NCBI GenBank assembly: GCA_030390025.1
Contig: CM059435.1
Coordinates: 18,476,001-18,540,000, forward strand
Length of the DNA: 64,000 bases
DNA from: Squalus acanthias
Lineage: Eukaryota
Reading direction: 5' to 3'
In this document: piece after piece, positions 24,180 through 37,237 of the stretch
Position numbering within the stretch: the first letter of the stretch is position 1
How the letters are laid out: each line of letters opens with the position of its first letter
Made by a program: the position numbers and the translations under genes
Notes under the pieces: generated by a model
Told to the model about the DNA's origin: nothing
Databases searched by the model: none
What the model saw: the letters and a program-made list of their open reading frames with translations, nothing else

Positions 24180-27100
24180 CCAAGATTTTTTAAGTCAGCT
24201 TCTTGTACCTACTTAAGGTCTTGCAACTGCGAGGCCCTCCTCTGGTATGCCACAATTCTCCGAGCATGGCAAGCAGATACAAAAACGACAGACCTCGACA
24301 CCCACGTGATTCACACTAGATCCCAACTTGTGTGTGTCAATGAAAATTCATCATGCAATCACATTCAAGTTGGTAGTTCACTTTGTGGGCACAGCTGTAA
24401 AGAATTAAGTACAGAAGTGGTGGCATATTTCAGTGCCAGCTGAAGGTTGGCCTTGGAGCAAATTGGGCATCTAATTGCATGTGTGAAAGAGCTGGAAGAT
24501 AGTCAGAGTGCTTCCCATGATTTGCTTCAATACATAGCAGCTTCTTTCTGCACAAGCTGCTTGATTTAAATGCAAGCACCAGCCCATCAACTGTGCCAGG
24601 GTGGGATACCCCTTAATGGATATCACCCGTGTGTGCTGCCAGCACCTGGGTGAAATTGCATGGGAGCATGAACAAATTATGGAAATGAGCGGTGGTCAGC
24701 TTTTAAGGCATGAATTCTCCCAGTGTCTTTGCTCTAGAAGTAAAATATTTACCCAATAGTATCATGCAACATGTGATCTGAAGGTGCGTCGTGAATCCAG
24801 TGTTCTAACATTTGTTCCTTTTCTATCATTATAGGTTTGGAAGAGCAGCCAGCCAGCGTCGCTAGCAGGTCGCACCTCACAGCACCACGTGTTCATATGG
24901 AAACAACACGGTCAGAAGATCTAAAAACTTCCGCCATTTCCATTCAGACCATGATATGTGACATGAATCTTGTCATTCATGTATGAAGTAATACTGGGCG
25001 GCCTGCTGGTGGCGCTGTCCAGGGAGAGTATAAATACTCGGGCATGGGCCCAGCTTGCTTAGGACATTCCTCAACAGGAACTAGTGAAGGACACAACTAG
25101 ATCTCCATGTTGAAAAACAGTTGATTAAAGCTTTGTTTAATGCTTAGACCAAGTGCCTAGTAGTTTTCTTACATCAATATGTGTCATAGTTAATGCAACC
25201 AATTGTATACAGTATCCTGTTCAAGCTTCCATGTTCAAACAGGATCATTGCACAGACTTGAAAGGTCATATTTTCTGAATGTGTATGCTTGGCATGGACT
25301 TGAATGGAAATTCATGGGAAACATGCCCATGATTTCCCAATATACATTCCTGGTGGGTGAGGTTCCATGCCAGGAACACACATTCAAAACATAGGAGAGA
25401 GATAGAAGGGAATAGAAATGAAAATAAACATAACACTACTTCCCTCAGTTTAACTAACTCTGTACAATGTACGCTTAAAAGACAGAATTCTGATTACATA
25501 CCACAACACATGTTTGAATAAAAGCTCTCTTACTAAACAATGAAAATCCTAACATCGTTATCAATTTACTTATTTTACTTTAATATACATTTTAATTTTA
25601 CAATTTATAACATGTACTGTTTTCATTCCATAGCATTTATTTACTTGCACATTGGTTTATTGGCAGCAGGATGAAGATATTCTCCTTGTATGATGAATAA
25701 TGACACTGTAAACCCGTTCTTAATAAATATTTTGTTTCACATAGTGCAGAGGAGATTGTTCCCCTGTTATTCCTGTCAGTTATTGCTGTTTGCTGCATAA
25801 TTTTACATTTACATCTATCAAAATACTACTTCCAATAGCCAAAAAAGGGAGAATGAAATTTTGTTGGATAACATAATCACAGAAAAGTAAATACAGAGCA
25901 AGCAATTCAATTAGAGAGCAGTACTGTAGAGGTTTCTGATTCTACACAAGTTGTGGTGGGAGGTCAGTTCATTTTATTCCCACAGTAGCCCACCACACAG
26001 AAGCAATGACAACATATTGACAGGTTTTAGAGCCCAAAGGGAATGAATAAATCATGTTCAACCTTGGTCTCTCATTAAACGTTAAAGAAAATGAAGAGAG
26101 GTTCAGCTTTAAAAGTCTTTCTAATTTCTTCTTTTTTTAAGGGTGAGACTCCATCTTTCTAAGTTTTTCCCCGTATCCCCTTTCTCTATTCATTTAACAA
26201 TCTGCTCTGAAACCGAGCCCGAGGAGATTTTCCCTCTCATTCTTTGGGGAAGCGCACAGCATACGTCTTTGGCAGCTTGACTGAGATAGGTAACTCACTA
26301 TGTAGAGGATTGCAGCCATGTAAGAGTGTGCAATCAATCCATGATGCTGATATTAAGGTTTCATCAGACCGTACTGACATTTTCTCATTTCACTAACCAT
26401 GGAAAGATTGTTTTCACTTACACACCAGCACTTGTATATAAAAATACACTCTCACACGTGCACACACATCAACCTGCGCAACACGACTGCACACGGGCAT
26501 TTTATGCATAAAATCTGTTCGGAAATGGAGACCATTTGAAGCTACAGAATCATTTCTGCATGAGAAGAAAAATGGCACGCAGATTGATCATAACATTATC
26601 CACAGTGATCTGTTCGTGCAGCTGGAAAAATACAACTTAACAATGGAAACAGGAGAAAGTCGGGATATCCTAATTGAAGCATGATTTAGAATTGAAGGAA
26701 AAATGTAATGAATGTAGAAACAAAATCCTCATGGTATAATTTAATGGCTGTTTAATTTGATGTGATAAATAGTTTATATTGAGCATTGTTTCACTGCACA
26801 TTTTTTTTTACTGAAACAAGCAAAGAGTAAGACAAGGAACACACTGATTTTAATCAAATGTTTTAGATGAGGGGGAAAACAATGTTTGGGAATAATAAAC
26901 ACAGCAGTGTGTTAAGAGTCCTGAGGTTTGTTGAATGTGATATTGTCTGCATCTATGTTATATTTCCCACCACTTTCTTGATTGATGCTGAAAGCTGTTC
27001 AGGTTAATAAATCGTGCTTTGACTGAAAATGATTTTCCTTTCAAAATGCTAATTCAACGTTTTGGCTGATCACTTTTATCTCACACTAGGGGATAAATAT

Positions 27101-27198
27101 GACATTGCCTCTGCAGTTGTTCTTATCATCATTTAAATGGATGTTGCTGTTAATGTGAGACGTCTACTGTGGAACATTCATCAAAGATACAGTACTTC

Positions 27199-27572
27199 AG
27201 GGATTGGGTGGTGCAGTGGGTTGGAAAACTTCTTTATAATATCTGTGACCTGGGTTTAATCAAACTCAGTGAGATGGAAATCTGCTCTTTCTCTTTACTG
27301 TTGACTGAAAGCGACCTATGTGAAGTATGTTTGGGAAGGCGTAAATGAATTCCTAAGAGGCATGAATTCATTAAAATATGATCCCCATAACTCATCACTA
27401 GTTGGGATTAAAATTGGCATTGCAATCAAGGATGGCAGATGTCGAAATAAAATATGACAATTGGTGCAATGGGGGTGTGTTTCTGAGGTCAGGTTTAAGG
27501 TATAGTGTAAGACAGAGTATAACTCAATCTAGTTCATCTACCCTTGTGTTTCAGGTTGATAATGGATGCCAG
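27199..27572 (+). mobile_element. Degraded LF-SINE-like element
   Basis: tRNA-like head, then cctatgtgaa, ttcctaagagg, aattggca and aggtcaggtttaagg in the order recalled for LF-SINE. Confidence 0.45.
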
Positions 27573-27734
27573 AAGTATAAAGCATTTTATTTCCTGTCAC
27601 TTAACATCTTTAACTCATGGAAAACAGAAAACTTCACCAAAAAAAAATACACAGAACTAAAGCTAAAGCTAATTGTTATTATAGAATATCAAGTGATTTC
27701 TCAACCTGTTGCTGAAGGTCACATTAAAAGTTTG

Positions 27735-28441
27735 TGAAGTTTCTGCTTAGGGCGCAATCGGCAATCCGGACGCAAATTGCGCCCCAAATTGTGCTAGTTT
27801 CCAGAAGTGTTTTTTTTTTTTACTCGGGTTTCTGCTCAAACTCATTTGCAAATCGTTGAAAGTAAAATCTGCCATGAACCAGCGTAATCGGGCAGCGTAT
27901 TAGAATGTAATATTTTTTTTAAAGGTTGCTTTCAAAAATATTCCTTGATATATTTAAGAGTGGTACCTTGGTGCAGTTTGATCAGTACGGCTGAAAATAG
28001 GTTTATCACAAAATATAAGAGTAACCCGATTTAAATAACTGAAAATGACTAAGAAACTATACAGAACCATTTGCTAGTTATATTGGTATACAGTAGTCAG
28101 TTTCTTACTAAATTAAAAAATATATATTCAAAAGCTTTCAGAACGCATTCATTAGTGTCCTTGCGCCTAAAAAAAAAGATTAATTTTTAGATCCTCCTCG
28201 AAGGCCTGCAAATGGGAGCAATTAGCGGAAGCTTGCAATGGTGATTAATTCGATCTGGAGGACTGGCCAATTTTGTGGCTTCTAGCGCGATGTCTTTTAA
28301 ACTAGCGCAAAAGATCGCGGAAACTCGAATTGAGCTGAACATAGATTGCGCTTAAAATTCCGTGATATTTTGTGCTGGTTGTGCCGATTTCAGGCGAATT
28401 TCACTGAAAAAAACCACATAACCGAGCGGAAACTCCAGGTC
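27735..28441. mobile_element. Older MITE
   Basis: Degenerate TIR (gaagtttctgct / agcggaaactcc). Inverted homolog of 31382-32034. Confidence 0.6.
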
Positions 28442-29164
28442 ATTGCGTCTCTCTCACTGTAATTGTGTCTCTGCTTTTTTCCAGCTCTCTAACTCTTTCT
28501 GCCTTTCACTCTTTCTATGTACCTCTTTCTTTTGGAGCTCACACACTTTCTCTTATAGAAATCTTGGCTGCAACCTTTCCATACACTTTCTCCATCAATA
28601 TGTGAATCTCTCCTCTATATACCACCCACACAGTTGTTCTCTCCTTATCTCCATATGTCTACCTCTTTCTTTCTCTTTCTTATTATGTCTCTCCTACTAT
28701 AGGGAAATAGAGCCAGACACAAGGCTGTGACACTATGATAGCCACAAAAGTTATCTTGATTCTCCTTGAGTTACGGAGAGTGAAGCTAGGGTAAGGCTTG
28801 GGTCAGATTACAACTTGTGGCAGAGGGTTGAATGAGTGTTGGAGATCAGGAGACAGTGACACACACAAAGAAACTCACACACTAAGAAACAAATTTACAC
28901 ACACAAACATGTTCAACCTCAGACACACACTCAAAGTCTTTAAAATATAAATACACAGCAATATTTGATCTTTCATGATGAAAAAGTATCACCTATTACC
29001 TTTCACAATCGTCCCTCTTTTGTGCTTTTTTCCAAACCCAAGTCATGAAAGGGTTGCAGCAGAAACCATATGCTCAGCATTGGGAAGAACAGAAATAGGC
29101 AGTGACTCAAGTGAGTTCAAGAAATAACTATCATTGATCCATTTTTTTTTCCATTCTCTTTTTT

Positions 29165-29562
29165 TCCCATTTTTTTCCCTCTCTCACATGGCAGCTGTCA
29201 ATCATTCTGCCATTGCCATTTACACTTCATCTAGAGTCATCTTTTGTTTCTTAACTTGTCCCGTTACCACCTCCTTTTGCCTTGCACCATCATCCCTTTT
29301 GTCTCTTAATCTCTCCTGCCTTCCATCCTATCACAGACCTTCCCTTTTGTTCTTTCCTTCCCTCCCCCCTCTCCCTGTCCCTGCACTTGCTTAAAAACCT
29401 GTTCCATCTCCAACTTTTTCCAGTTCTGACGAAGGGTCATCGACCTGAAACGTTAACTCTGTTTCTCTCTCTCCACGATGCTGCCTGACCTGCTGAGTAT
29501 TTCCAGCATTTTCTGTTTTTATTTCAGATTTCCAGCATCTGCAGTATTTTGCTTTTGTATTG
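29165..29562 (+). mobile_element. Penelope-like pLTR fragment with hammerhead motif at 29426-29454
   Basis: CTGACGA-A-GGGTC-ATC-GACCT-GAAACGTT; same family as 23995-24179. Confidence 0.75.
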
Positions 29563-29932
29563 GTCTAGAGGCTGTTGGCCAGTTAACAATATTGGGAAGG
29601 CTGGTTATTACAGTGCATGCTATTGGGATTGGGTGGGGAGGAAGGCCAAGACTGTTCAGTGTTGGGATAAAGAGAGACAGACATCAGGTCTGTGCAGGCA
29701 GGCGAAGAGGCTGAGTCACCTTGGGCAGAGAGTCAGCATCAGTTGCATTGGATAGTGCAGCCAGTCAGGCGTAGAGGCTGAATTGTCTAGGAGCTTAGTG
29801 TGCAGCAATGCTTAGAGAGGACATTTGGTTGTGCAGTCAAAAAAGACTTAATGGGTTGGGACCTGGCTGCATGGGAGTAAAGTAAAAGGAAGTTAAACAT
29901 GTAAGTGGAGAAAGAAAGATCAGCCTCTATAT

Positions 29933-29977
29933 TAATCATGTGACATCACTGAGCTGATCAGTGATGTCACATGATTA
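29933..29977. repeat. Perfect 20-bp-arm hairpin
   Basis: taatcatgtgacatcactga-gctga-tcagtgatgtcacatgatta. Confidence 0.92.
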
Positions 29978-31381
29978 GTATTGTCCAATCAGCATTGTTA
30001 CCAGCTCACTACAGTATTATATTACGCACACAAACATTTAATAATATGGGTTCTCCCAGTTATGGGGGCTCTTATTTTATACGTAAGAATGGCCAGTCAT
30101 TTTCAATCATGAATAAATATTTTTTATTACATTCTATGAAGTTTATGTTTCATGAAATGCAGTCATTATTTAGTACTGAACAATTCTTAAAAAATATATA
30201 TAATTCCATGATTTTCATGTAATTGCCTTCATGCTAGAAAGGATGTGGAATAAACATGGCTGCACACTGAGCTCCGAGACCATTCAGCCTCTGTCTGATC
30301 TGGATTCACGGTCCAACACAACTAATCCCAACTCTCTGCCCAATTTGACCCAGCCTCTTTTCCCTGCTTAAACTGACATGGTGTCTCCCTCTCTATCCCC
30401 ACACTGACTAGTCTGGGTCATCCAATCCCAATAGCATTGTAAAAGCCAGCCTCCCCAACATTACTACCTGACCAACAGCTTCTGGAGCAAATGGGTCGGT
30501 AGATTTCAATTACTGGCACCTGCTCCACTTGAGATTTGAGTTGAAGCGACTCAGGTTGTTTGTGATAATCTTTCAAACACCTCCTCTTTTTACTCTCTCT
30601 AAGTCAGACAGGCAACAATTTGAATATTTGATCTAGAGCATGAACAATCAATGGGGTGCAGCATGAAAATATCAGTCAAATATTTGACTGGGGCTGTGAT
30701 GGAAAAAGAATGGTTCCAGAGGAACATACTTTGGAGCCAAGCAGTAAATGTCCTGAACTTCATAATCAATATTGGAGCCAAACTGCTACTGTACCTATTT
30801 GACCTCAACCATGGTTATGTTTGTCCATCATCCAGTGTGACCTTGTGTGTTGTGTGTAGTATTTAACACAGTTTTAGGTAAGCAATAAGTGACCTCTCAA
30901 ATAGGGCAACCTTCAGAATTTAAGAAACTATTGCCATTTTGGAGCTGTTTATGCTAATTAACATTGTTACGTTGATCATCCGAATGGTAGAAGGAGAAAC
31001 AGATGCCTTAAATGTTACTTTTACCAACACAACAAAAATGAATGTGCTACAACGTTTGATTCAACATTACAGGAGGCAAATAAACTCTTAACATGTGGCT
31101 TGGCCCCATTAAAATGTACTGCAGCTGTTTAAGCATTTTGCAACTAGTTCATTTCACGAGGGCATTTCCATTCAGACAGATATCTGGATTTAGATGCAAA
31201 AACTGCACATCAGAGTGTTGACCACATGGCTCTGTTTCTTGTTAGATTGTGTGGTGATATGCCAGAGTGAATACCACAATTAAATCTTTGCATCTGCGTT
31301 CTGAATCATGCCAGCATTTCTTCTTTGCTTATTTGAAAAAGTAAAAGAGGGGAGATGTTTCCACTTATTTCTGTTACTTTT

Positions 31382-32034
31382 GGGCCCAGAGTCCAGGCAG
31401 AATCGACTGAACGAGCGCAAAAGATTGGGGAATTTTAAACGTAGGTAAGTTATGCCTAAAACCACTTATGTTCGTGTTTTCCACGATCTTTTACGCTGGT
31501 TGGATTCCATTCGTCCGAATCAGGCCCCGCCCACAAAATTGGCCACGCCCCTCAGGTTGAAATTGCGAGATTCCGGCGATTACGCTGGTTCGGGAAGGCT
31601 CTTCATTTTCTTCAGCGCACAGGCACGTTTTAAAAGTATTTTCATATCAAAAAATATTTAATGTACTAAGAAACTGACTAGTGTATACCAATGAAACTAT
31701 TAAATGGTTCAGTATAGCTTTTAAAAGTCATTTTCAGTGATTTTAAATCAGGTTACTCCCAGTCAGAGGACTGGACACCCTTATTAGCTGTATTAATAAA
31801 ACTGCACAAGGCTACCCCTCTTAAATACATCAAGGAATACATTTTAATGGAAAGAAAAACAAGTAATGATTACGTTCTATTACGCTGTCCGATTGCACTG
31901 CTTCGTGGAAGTTTTACGTTTGTGATTATGCAAATTAATTTTAGCGACAACTTGAAGCGTTACCGAACCAGCGCAATTCCAAGCGTATTTTTATCACAAT
32001 TTCCCAGTTGCATCCAAAGCGGAAACTCTACCCC
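31382..32034. mobile_element. MITE related to 27735-28441
   Basis: Ends gcggaaactctacccc and shares internal blocks in inverse orientation. Confidence 0.6.
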
Positions 32035-32374
32035 AGAGTATTTTGTCAGCAAGGATGCAACTTTCAAAATCCAAGTGTTGAAGTACCTGCTACTCTCATA
32101 CACTTATCGCTAAAAACAAATCATAGACTCTTTTCCAAGTTTCAATTTAAACTTTGCCAAACAATTAAATACAAACACACTTTATGGATGAATGCTGTTG
32201 GTTCTGCATTGGGTCAGCACTTAATGGTGTTGGAAAGTCTTATCAAAGGTGGGTGAACAAACAGTTGAGAGACCTGTTCCACCCTGAGAAGCATTGTTCT
32301 CACCTACTGATCTGGAGCAGTATTAATGCTCGGAGAGAAAAGCTGTGGCCCAATCTATCCCCTCATTTCAGGAA

Positions 32375-32668
32375 AAAAACCAGAAAAGGCTTGAAGCGCT
32401 CAGCAGGTCAGGCTGCATCCGTGGAGAAACAGACATCAGTCAGTCGACGTTTCAGATCTTAAGACACTTCCTCAGGACTGGAAGGCATTACAGAAGAGCA
32501 GAAAATTGTTGTTCATCGGCAATACCTTCTAGTCATGAGGCAGGATCTTAAGACCTAAAACGCCGACTGTCTTCTTTCTCCGCAGCGGTTTCCTGACCTG
32601 CTGAGTGTTTTCACATTTTTCTGTTATTGTTTTCAGATTTCCAGCATCTGCAGTATTTTGCTTTTTGC
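32375..32668. mobile_element. Older Penelope-derived inverted-arm element
   Basis: ctcagcaggtcagg... / ...cctgacctgctgag arms, the tail tttcagatttccagcatctgcagtattttgc, and degraded hammerhead cores. Confidence 0.65.
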
Positions 32669-32960
32669 TCCATCATTTCAGCTGATGGATCATAGCACTG
32701 AGGTAAAAATAGAGCGAAATCACAAACTAAAACATGACCAGAAATACTGATTGTAATCTCCAGTGTATGCTATTTTCTTATTTACACCAATGTTTCCCAC
32801 ACAAAATTGCCAATCAATCAATCAACTGGAACTATTGCCTCACAGTCATTAATCTTTCATTCTGGATGTCATGCATCAATAATGTGGAGGACCCTGGCCA
32901 TTGGCATTCATTATAATAATCTCCACCAACAAAAAAAGACCCAAACTACAAAAAAATGGA

Positions 32961-33116
32961 GGCCTGGAATTTCCTCAGAGCTGCTCCTGCTCCGCCGCTG
33001 TGACTGCACCAGAATTGCATCGGAAATCCCGTTTACGTGTATAAGTTGGGCTTCCATTGTACTTTCAGCGAAGTTATGGCAGCAAAGCAGGAGAAGCGCC
33101 GAGGAAATTCCTAAGC
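32961..33116. mobile_element. Short foldback MITE
   Basis: GGAATTTCCTC / GAGGAAATTCC ends with imperfect internal complementarity. Confidence 0.55.
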
Positions 33117-33379
33117 TAAGTTTTAAGGCATCTCTTCCTTCATAGCCATTTAAACATAAACATTTGAAGACCCTGTAGCATAGACCAGTGGAAAGATGTT
33201 CTTAAGCATCATTTTGACTTTGAGGATCTCAGTTTGAATCTTGGTCAGATATATATCTTCTCCAGCGATGCTAATTTTTTTCTTATACAACAGATTTGTT
33301 ATCTTGTACAACAGATTTGTTTGGCACAGTTATGTACATCTTTTCCAGTTATGCAGTTGCTTTTAACATAGGCACAAGA

Positions 33380-35105
33380 TAAAGCATATCAAAGTTAACT
33401 AATGATACCAAAATTGGGGGGCGGGGGTTGGTTTTGGCAAACTGTGAGGAAGATTGCAGTAGATCTTAAGGAGGACATAAGTTAGCGGAGCGAGCGGATA
33501 GGTGGCAAATATAGTTCAATGCAGAGAACTGTGAAGCATTATATTTGAAGAAAAGTAGTTGAAAATACTCTGAATTGTAAGATCATTAACAGAGTTAAAA
33601 AGCTGTGAAGTCTAGGGGTGCAGATACATAGACCTTTAAAGGTGAGAGTGCAGATAAAAAAGATAAGATTTGGGGGGAGAAATTCAGTATCGCCCCATTT
33701 GGGGCGCAATTATCGGCCGGGCGCAAAGATTAGCGCCTGGCGCTAATTATCGCCACCGACTGCAAACTTGACTTTTATCGCCCCTGGCGGTGATTGCAGC
33801 GCTATATCAGGCGCTTCACACCTGTCTTAAGGCGCAAAGGCCGAGGAGCGAGGCGCTACCTCAGAGCGCTGGCGAAGCTCATGTAATGTCAGTCAGCAAT
33901 GGAACACACACACAATGGCACGGGCCAGTTCTTAAAGGGGATGGTTAATCTTGCTTTCCATCCACATCCTGCTCATTGCAGCCTTGAATCTCGGCCTGGA
34001 GAGACCTGCACATCAAATGTGCTGGAAAGAACAATGGAGAGTACCAGGCAAAGAGCTCAGAGTGCAGCCCCCACAGTCTCTGCTAAATCGATACAAGGAA
34101 TGGCAAATCAAAATGAACCTGCAAAGTGCTGCTCAGTACCCAAAACTCCTTCACACAACGTTGAATCTCTCCAGAAGTCTCTCCCTCTCTCTCTCAGAAT
34201 GCGTAGTTCAAAAATGGCACCAACAATAAAAGCCAGGAAGCGGTCACCTTTAAATAGCGCTCCCCCTTTCCCTTCATGACTGCAGAACGCTCCCCTCAAC
34301 CTGTCGTTGCTAGCGTCAGGCGGTAAGGCAGGGGGCGCCACTCAATATCCGCTCCGGGGCGATACCAGGGCGTTGCGCACTCGAGTGATGTCATGATCTG
34401 CTGGCGCAGGAGATCGTGGCGGTAGTGTTTAGCGCCGCCGCAAACTGTCTAGTTAATTTCGCGAGCGGCGCAAACTTCGCCGCGCCTGGGCGCTAGATGC
34501 TTTGCGCCCCATTAGCGCCCTCTTAAGGCGCTAACGGGAGGCGCAACCAACTGAATTTTTCCCCCTTGGAGTTTTATACATAGGAGCACTGCGTTTCAAA
34601 ACAAAGAAATTATGTTAAAATTGTACAAATATTTGCCACAGTTGCATTATTGGATACATTTCTGGGCACCCCTGTATAGGAAGGCTATTCAAGCCATAAA
34701 AAGAACACAGTGAATATTCACTCGAAAGATACCAGAATACGAGAGTATGAAGAAAGGCTTGAAAAATTGTCTTTTTAAATTACACTGAAACATAAAGGGC
34801 TAAGTGGGGTGGCTCCTAATAAAGATTTTCAAAATTATGAAAGGTTTTCAGCTTGGAAATAGTGATCGGTAAATCGGTAATGAGAGGGCATAGAATTATC
34901 ACTGGAAGAACCAATGGGGAAGTTAGAAAAAATTTCACACAGAAGATTATGAGAACAAGGAATGGTTTCGCACAAGTGACTATTGAATATAAAACAATAA
35001 GGAAAAAGGGGCAAGGGAATAGAATGCAGTAGATAGCTTCAGTTTATGAATGAGCACCAGCACAAGTGTGATGAGCCAAATGGCCTAATTCTGATCCTAT
35101 GATCT
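33380..35105 (+). mobile_element. Old CR1 3' fragment hosting the Harbinger deletion derivative
   Basis: Degenerate (D)DTKIGG, WQI.FNAENCE and FWAPLYRK blocks plus a CR1-like tail. Confidence 0.62.
33673..34565 (-). mobile_element. Internal-deletion derivative of the full-length Harbinger family
   Basis: TIR GGGGGAGAAATTCAG / CTGAATTTTTCCCCC, TSD TTG. Colinear with 54961-55348 and 58696-59220. Confidence 0.92.
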
Positions 35106-36371
35106 GAATTTAGTTCACCGTTGATATGAATTTCAAGCGTTAACTGAAATGTCACAATTCTCATCTGTAGAACCACATAATAGAAACTGTGCTACCAAAA
35201 ATACCATGCTCTTGCAGATGTATTGTTGGGGCAATGCAGAGGTAATTCCGTATGGCAATCAATGAGCGCTGTCAGACAAGCAGCGAAGATGCATCTACAG
35301 GAGGAGTGTTCTGCATTTTAAATAGGAGTCTGGAGTTTCTCCTTAAAATATCAGCTTTCCGCTTTATAGCCATTTAACACATTTCACACCTCCTAACCAC
35401 TCTGAAGCAGTATGAGCATCAGAACAGAAAGGAAACTGCAACTAAGGAGAGAGGAACAGATAGGATAAGATTCCAAAATGAAAAACAACAGAGAAACAAA
35501 AAAGGAATAGATTTTGCACTTGAGTTTTGTTAGAACAGTACTTCAACATTGTTCACAAGTAATATATTACCGTTTCAGATATGAAAACAAATTTAGACAT
35601 GAAAACAAACTTAGTTCACCCCTATTGGAGAAGTTGGCTATGCCAAATTCTGTTTATAGCTTGATCAAAGTAATTCCCTTGAAAGTGTCTCTGACAGATT
35701 TACCCCAGCCAGAAACAGAACCGGCTGACAGATCCCTTTGAAAACAACAGTTGTTGAACAGGTGCTGTATACGTCCTTTCTAGTGAAAGAATCGCTGCCA
35801 TTAACTAACACTGGGCTTGTTGTCTTTTGTGATTAGGTCAGTTATTATTCTTGCCACTGCCCTGAACGACTGACAGACTACAGACCCTCATTCCCCAAGA
35901 CATACACAGCCTTTTTGGTTATGTTTAGTATATACATCAGTAGTCTGTTCGAACTTTTACTTACTTAACACTGCTTAAATTCTTCAGTTTTCAAATTCCA
36001 ATATCCATAGAAATTAAGAAAATCTACAACAGGTGACTCTATGTGGAATTAGAATGCCATCTGTTTTATTGATATCATAGTCTCTTCTGCGGTTCAAGCA
36101 AGTTGTGCAATTTAGATGAACCAGACAAACTGGGCACATTATTCTGCAGCATTCTATATCAGGCTCAGAACATTCTGTGGCTCAAAAGTGGTCTTTTCAA
36201 AGCATATGAGAGAGCATTACATCTGTTCACAAAACCAATAGAATGAAATGCATTAGTATTTTCCATTAAAATATAGATGTTATGGTAAATAAAGTTAACC
36301 CTCCCAACCCCCCCCCCCCCTCAAAATGAATCACCATTTGTTAAAAGAGGATATTGGATTTAACCCGTTAC

Positions 36372-36803
36372 AGGGTTACAATAGTGTAATGGTTATGTTA
36401 CTGCACTAGTAATCCAGAGGCCTGGACTAATAATCCAGGGGACCCGAATTCAAATCTACACCATGACAGTTTGAGAATTTGAATTCAGTTAAAAAAATCT
36501 GGAAATCAAAAGCTGGTATTAATAAAAGTGACCATGAAGCTGTTGGATTGTCCTAAAAACCCAACTGGTTAATAACGACCTTTAATGGAAGAAAATCTGC
36601 TGTTCTTACCCGATCTGCTTTATATGTGATTCCAGTCCCACATCAATGTGCTTGACTCTTAACTTCCCTCTGAAGTGGCCTAGCATGCTACCAGCAGCTC
36701 AAGAAGAAGGCCTACCACGACAGTCTCAGGGCAACTAGGGATAAGCAATAGATCGGCAATAAATACTGGCCTTGCCAACAACACCCACATCCCAAGAATG
36801 AAT
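36372..36803 (+). mobile_element. tRNA-derived SINE sharing its tail with the LINE at 44700-45520
   Basis: A/B-box-like head; tail gcagctcaagaag...gggcaactagggat...gcaataaatactggcc. Confidence 0.7.
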
Positions 36804-36847
36804 TGTCACTAATTGTAGCAATCAATCTCTATCAATGAATTAACATA

Positions 36848-37127
36848 TTTAAATTGGCTCCCAATTGTACTGTGCTGCACGGATTTCCCAGGGGTTGGGA
36901 AACCCGATAGTGAAAGGGAGGCGGGAGATGTCGGCTCCACAAGTCTTTTTCAGCACTCCTTGTGGACCAGGACTATTCAAGGAAGCCTTCAGCCCGATAA
37001 CCAGCCTCCCCCCCCCCCACCCCAGCCCCGTTTGCTGACCTCCCACCAGCCATGATCACAGGTCTTCCCCCCTCCCAATTTCATGGGTTCAACATCCCCT
37101 GCACCCTGCCCGTAAATATCAGGGCCA
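36848..37127. mobile_element. MITE fragment
   Basis: GC-rich block ending aaatatcagggcc, like other TIRs in the window. Confidence 0.4.
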
Positions 37128-37237
37128 ATGTTTCTGCAGATTAATATTGAATTTATATCATTTGAGTTCATATGTATTAAAATCAAAATCGTTTGCTAAT
37201 TGGAAAGGGAGAATTCTCGGTTTCTTTTCTTTGCAAT

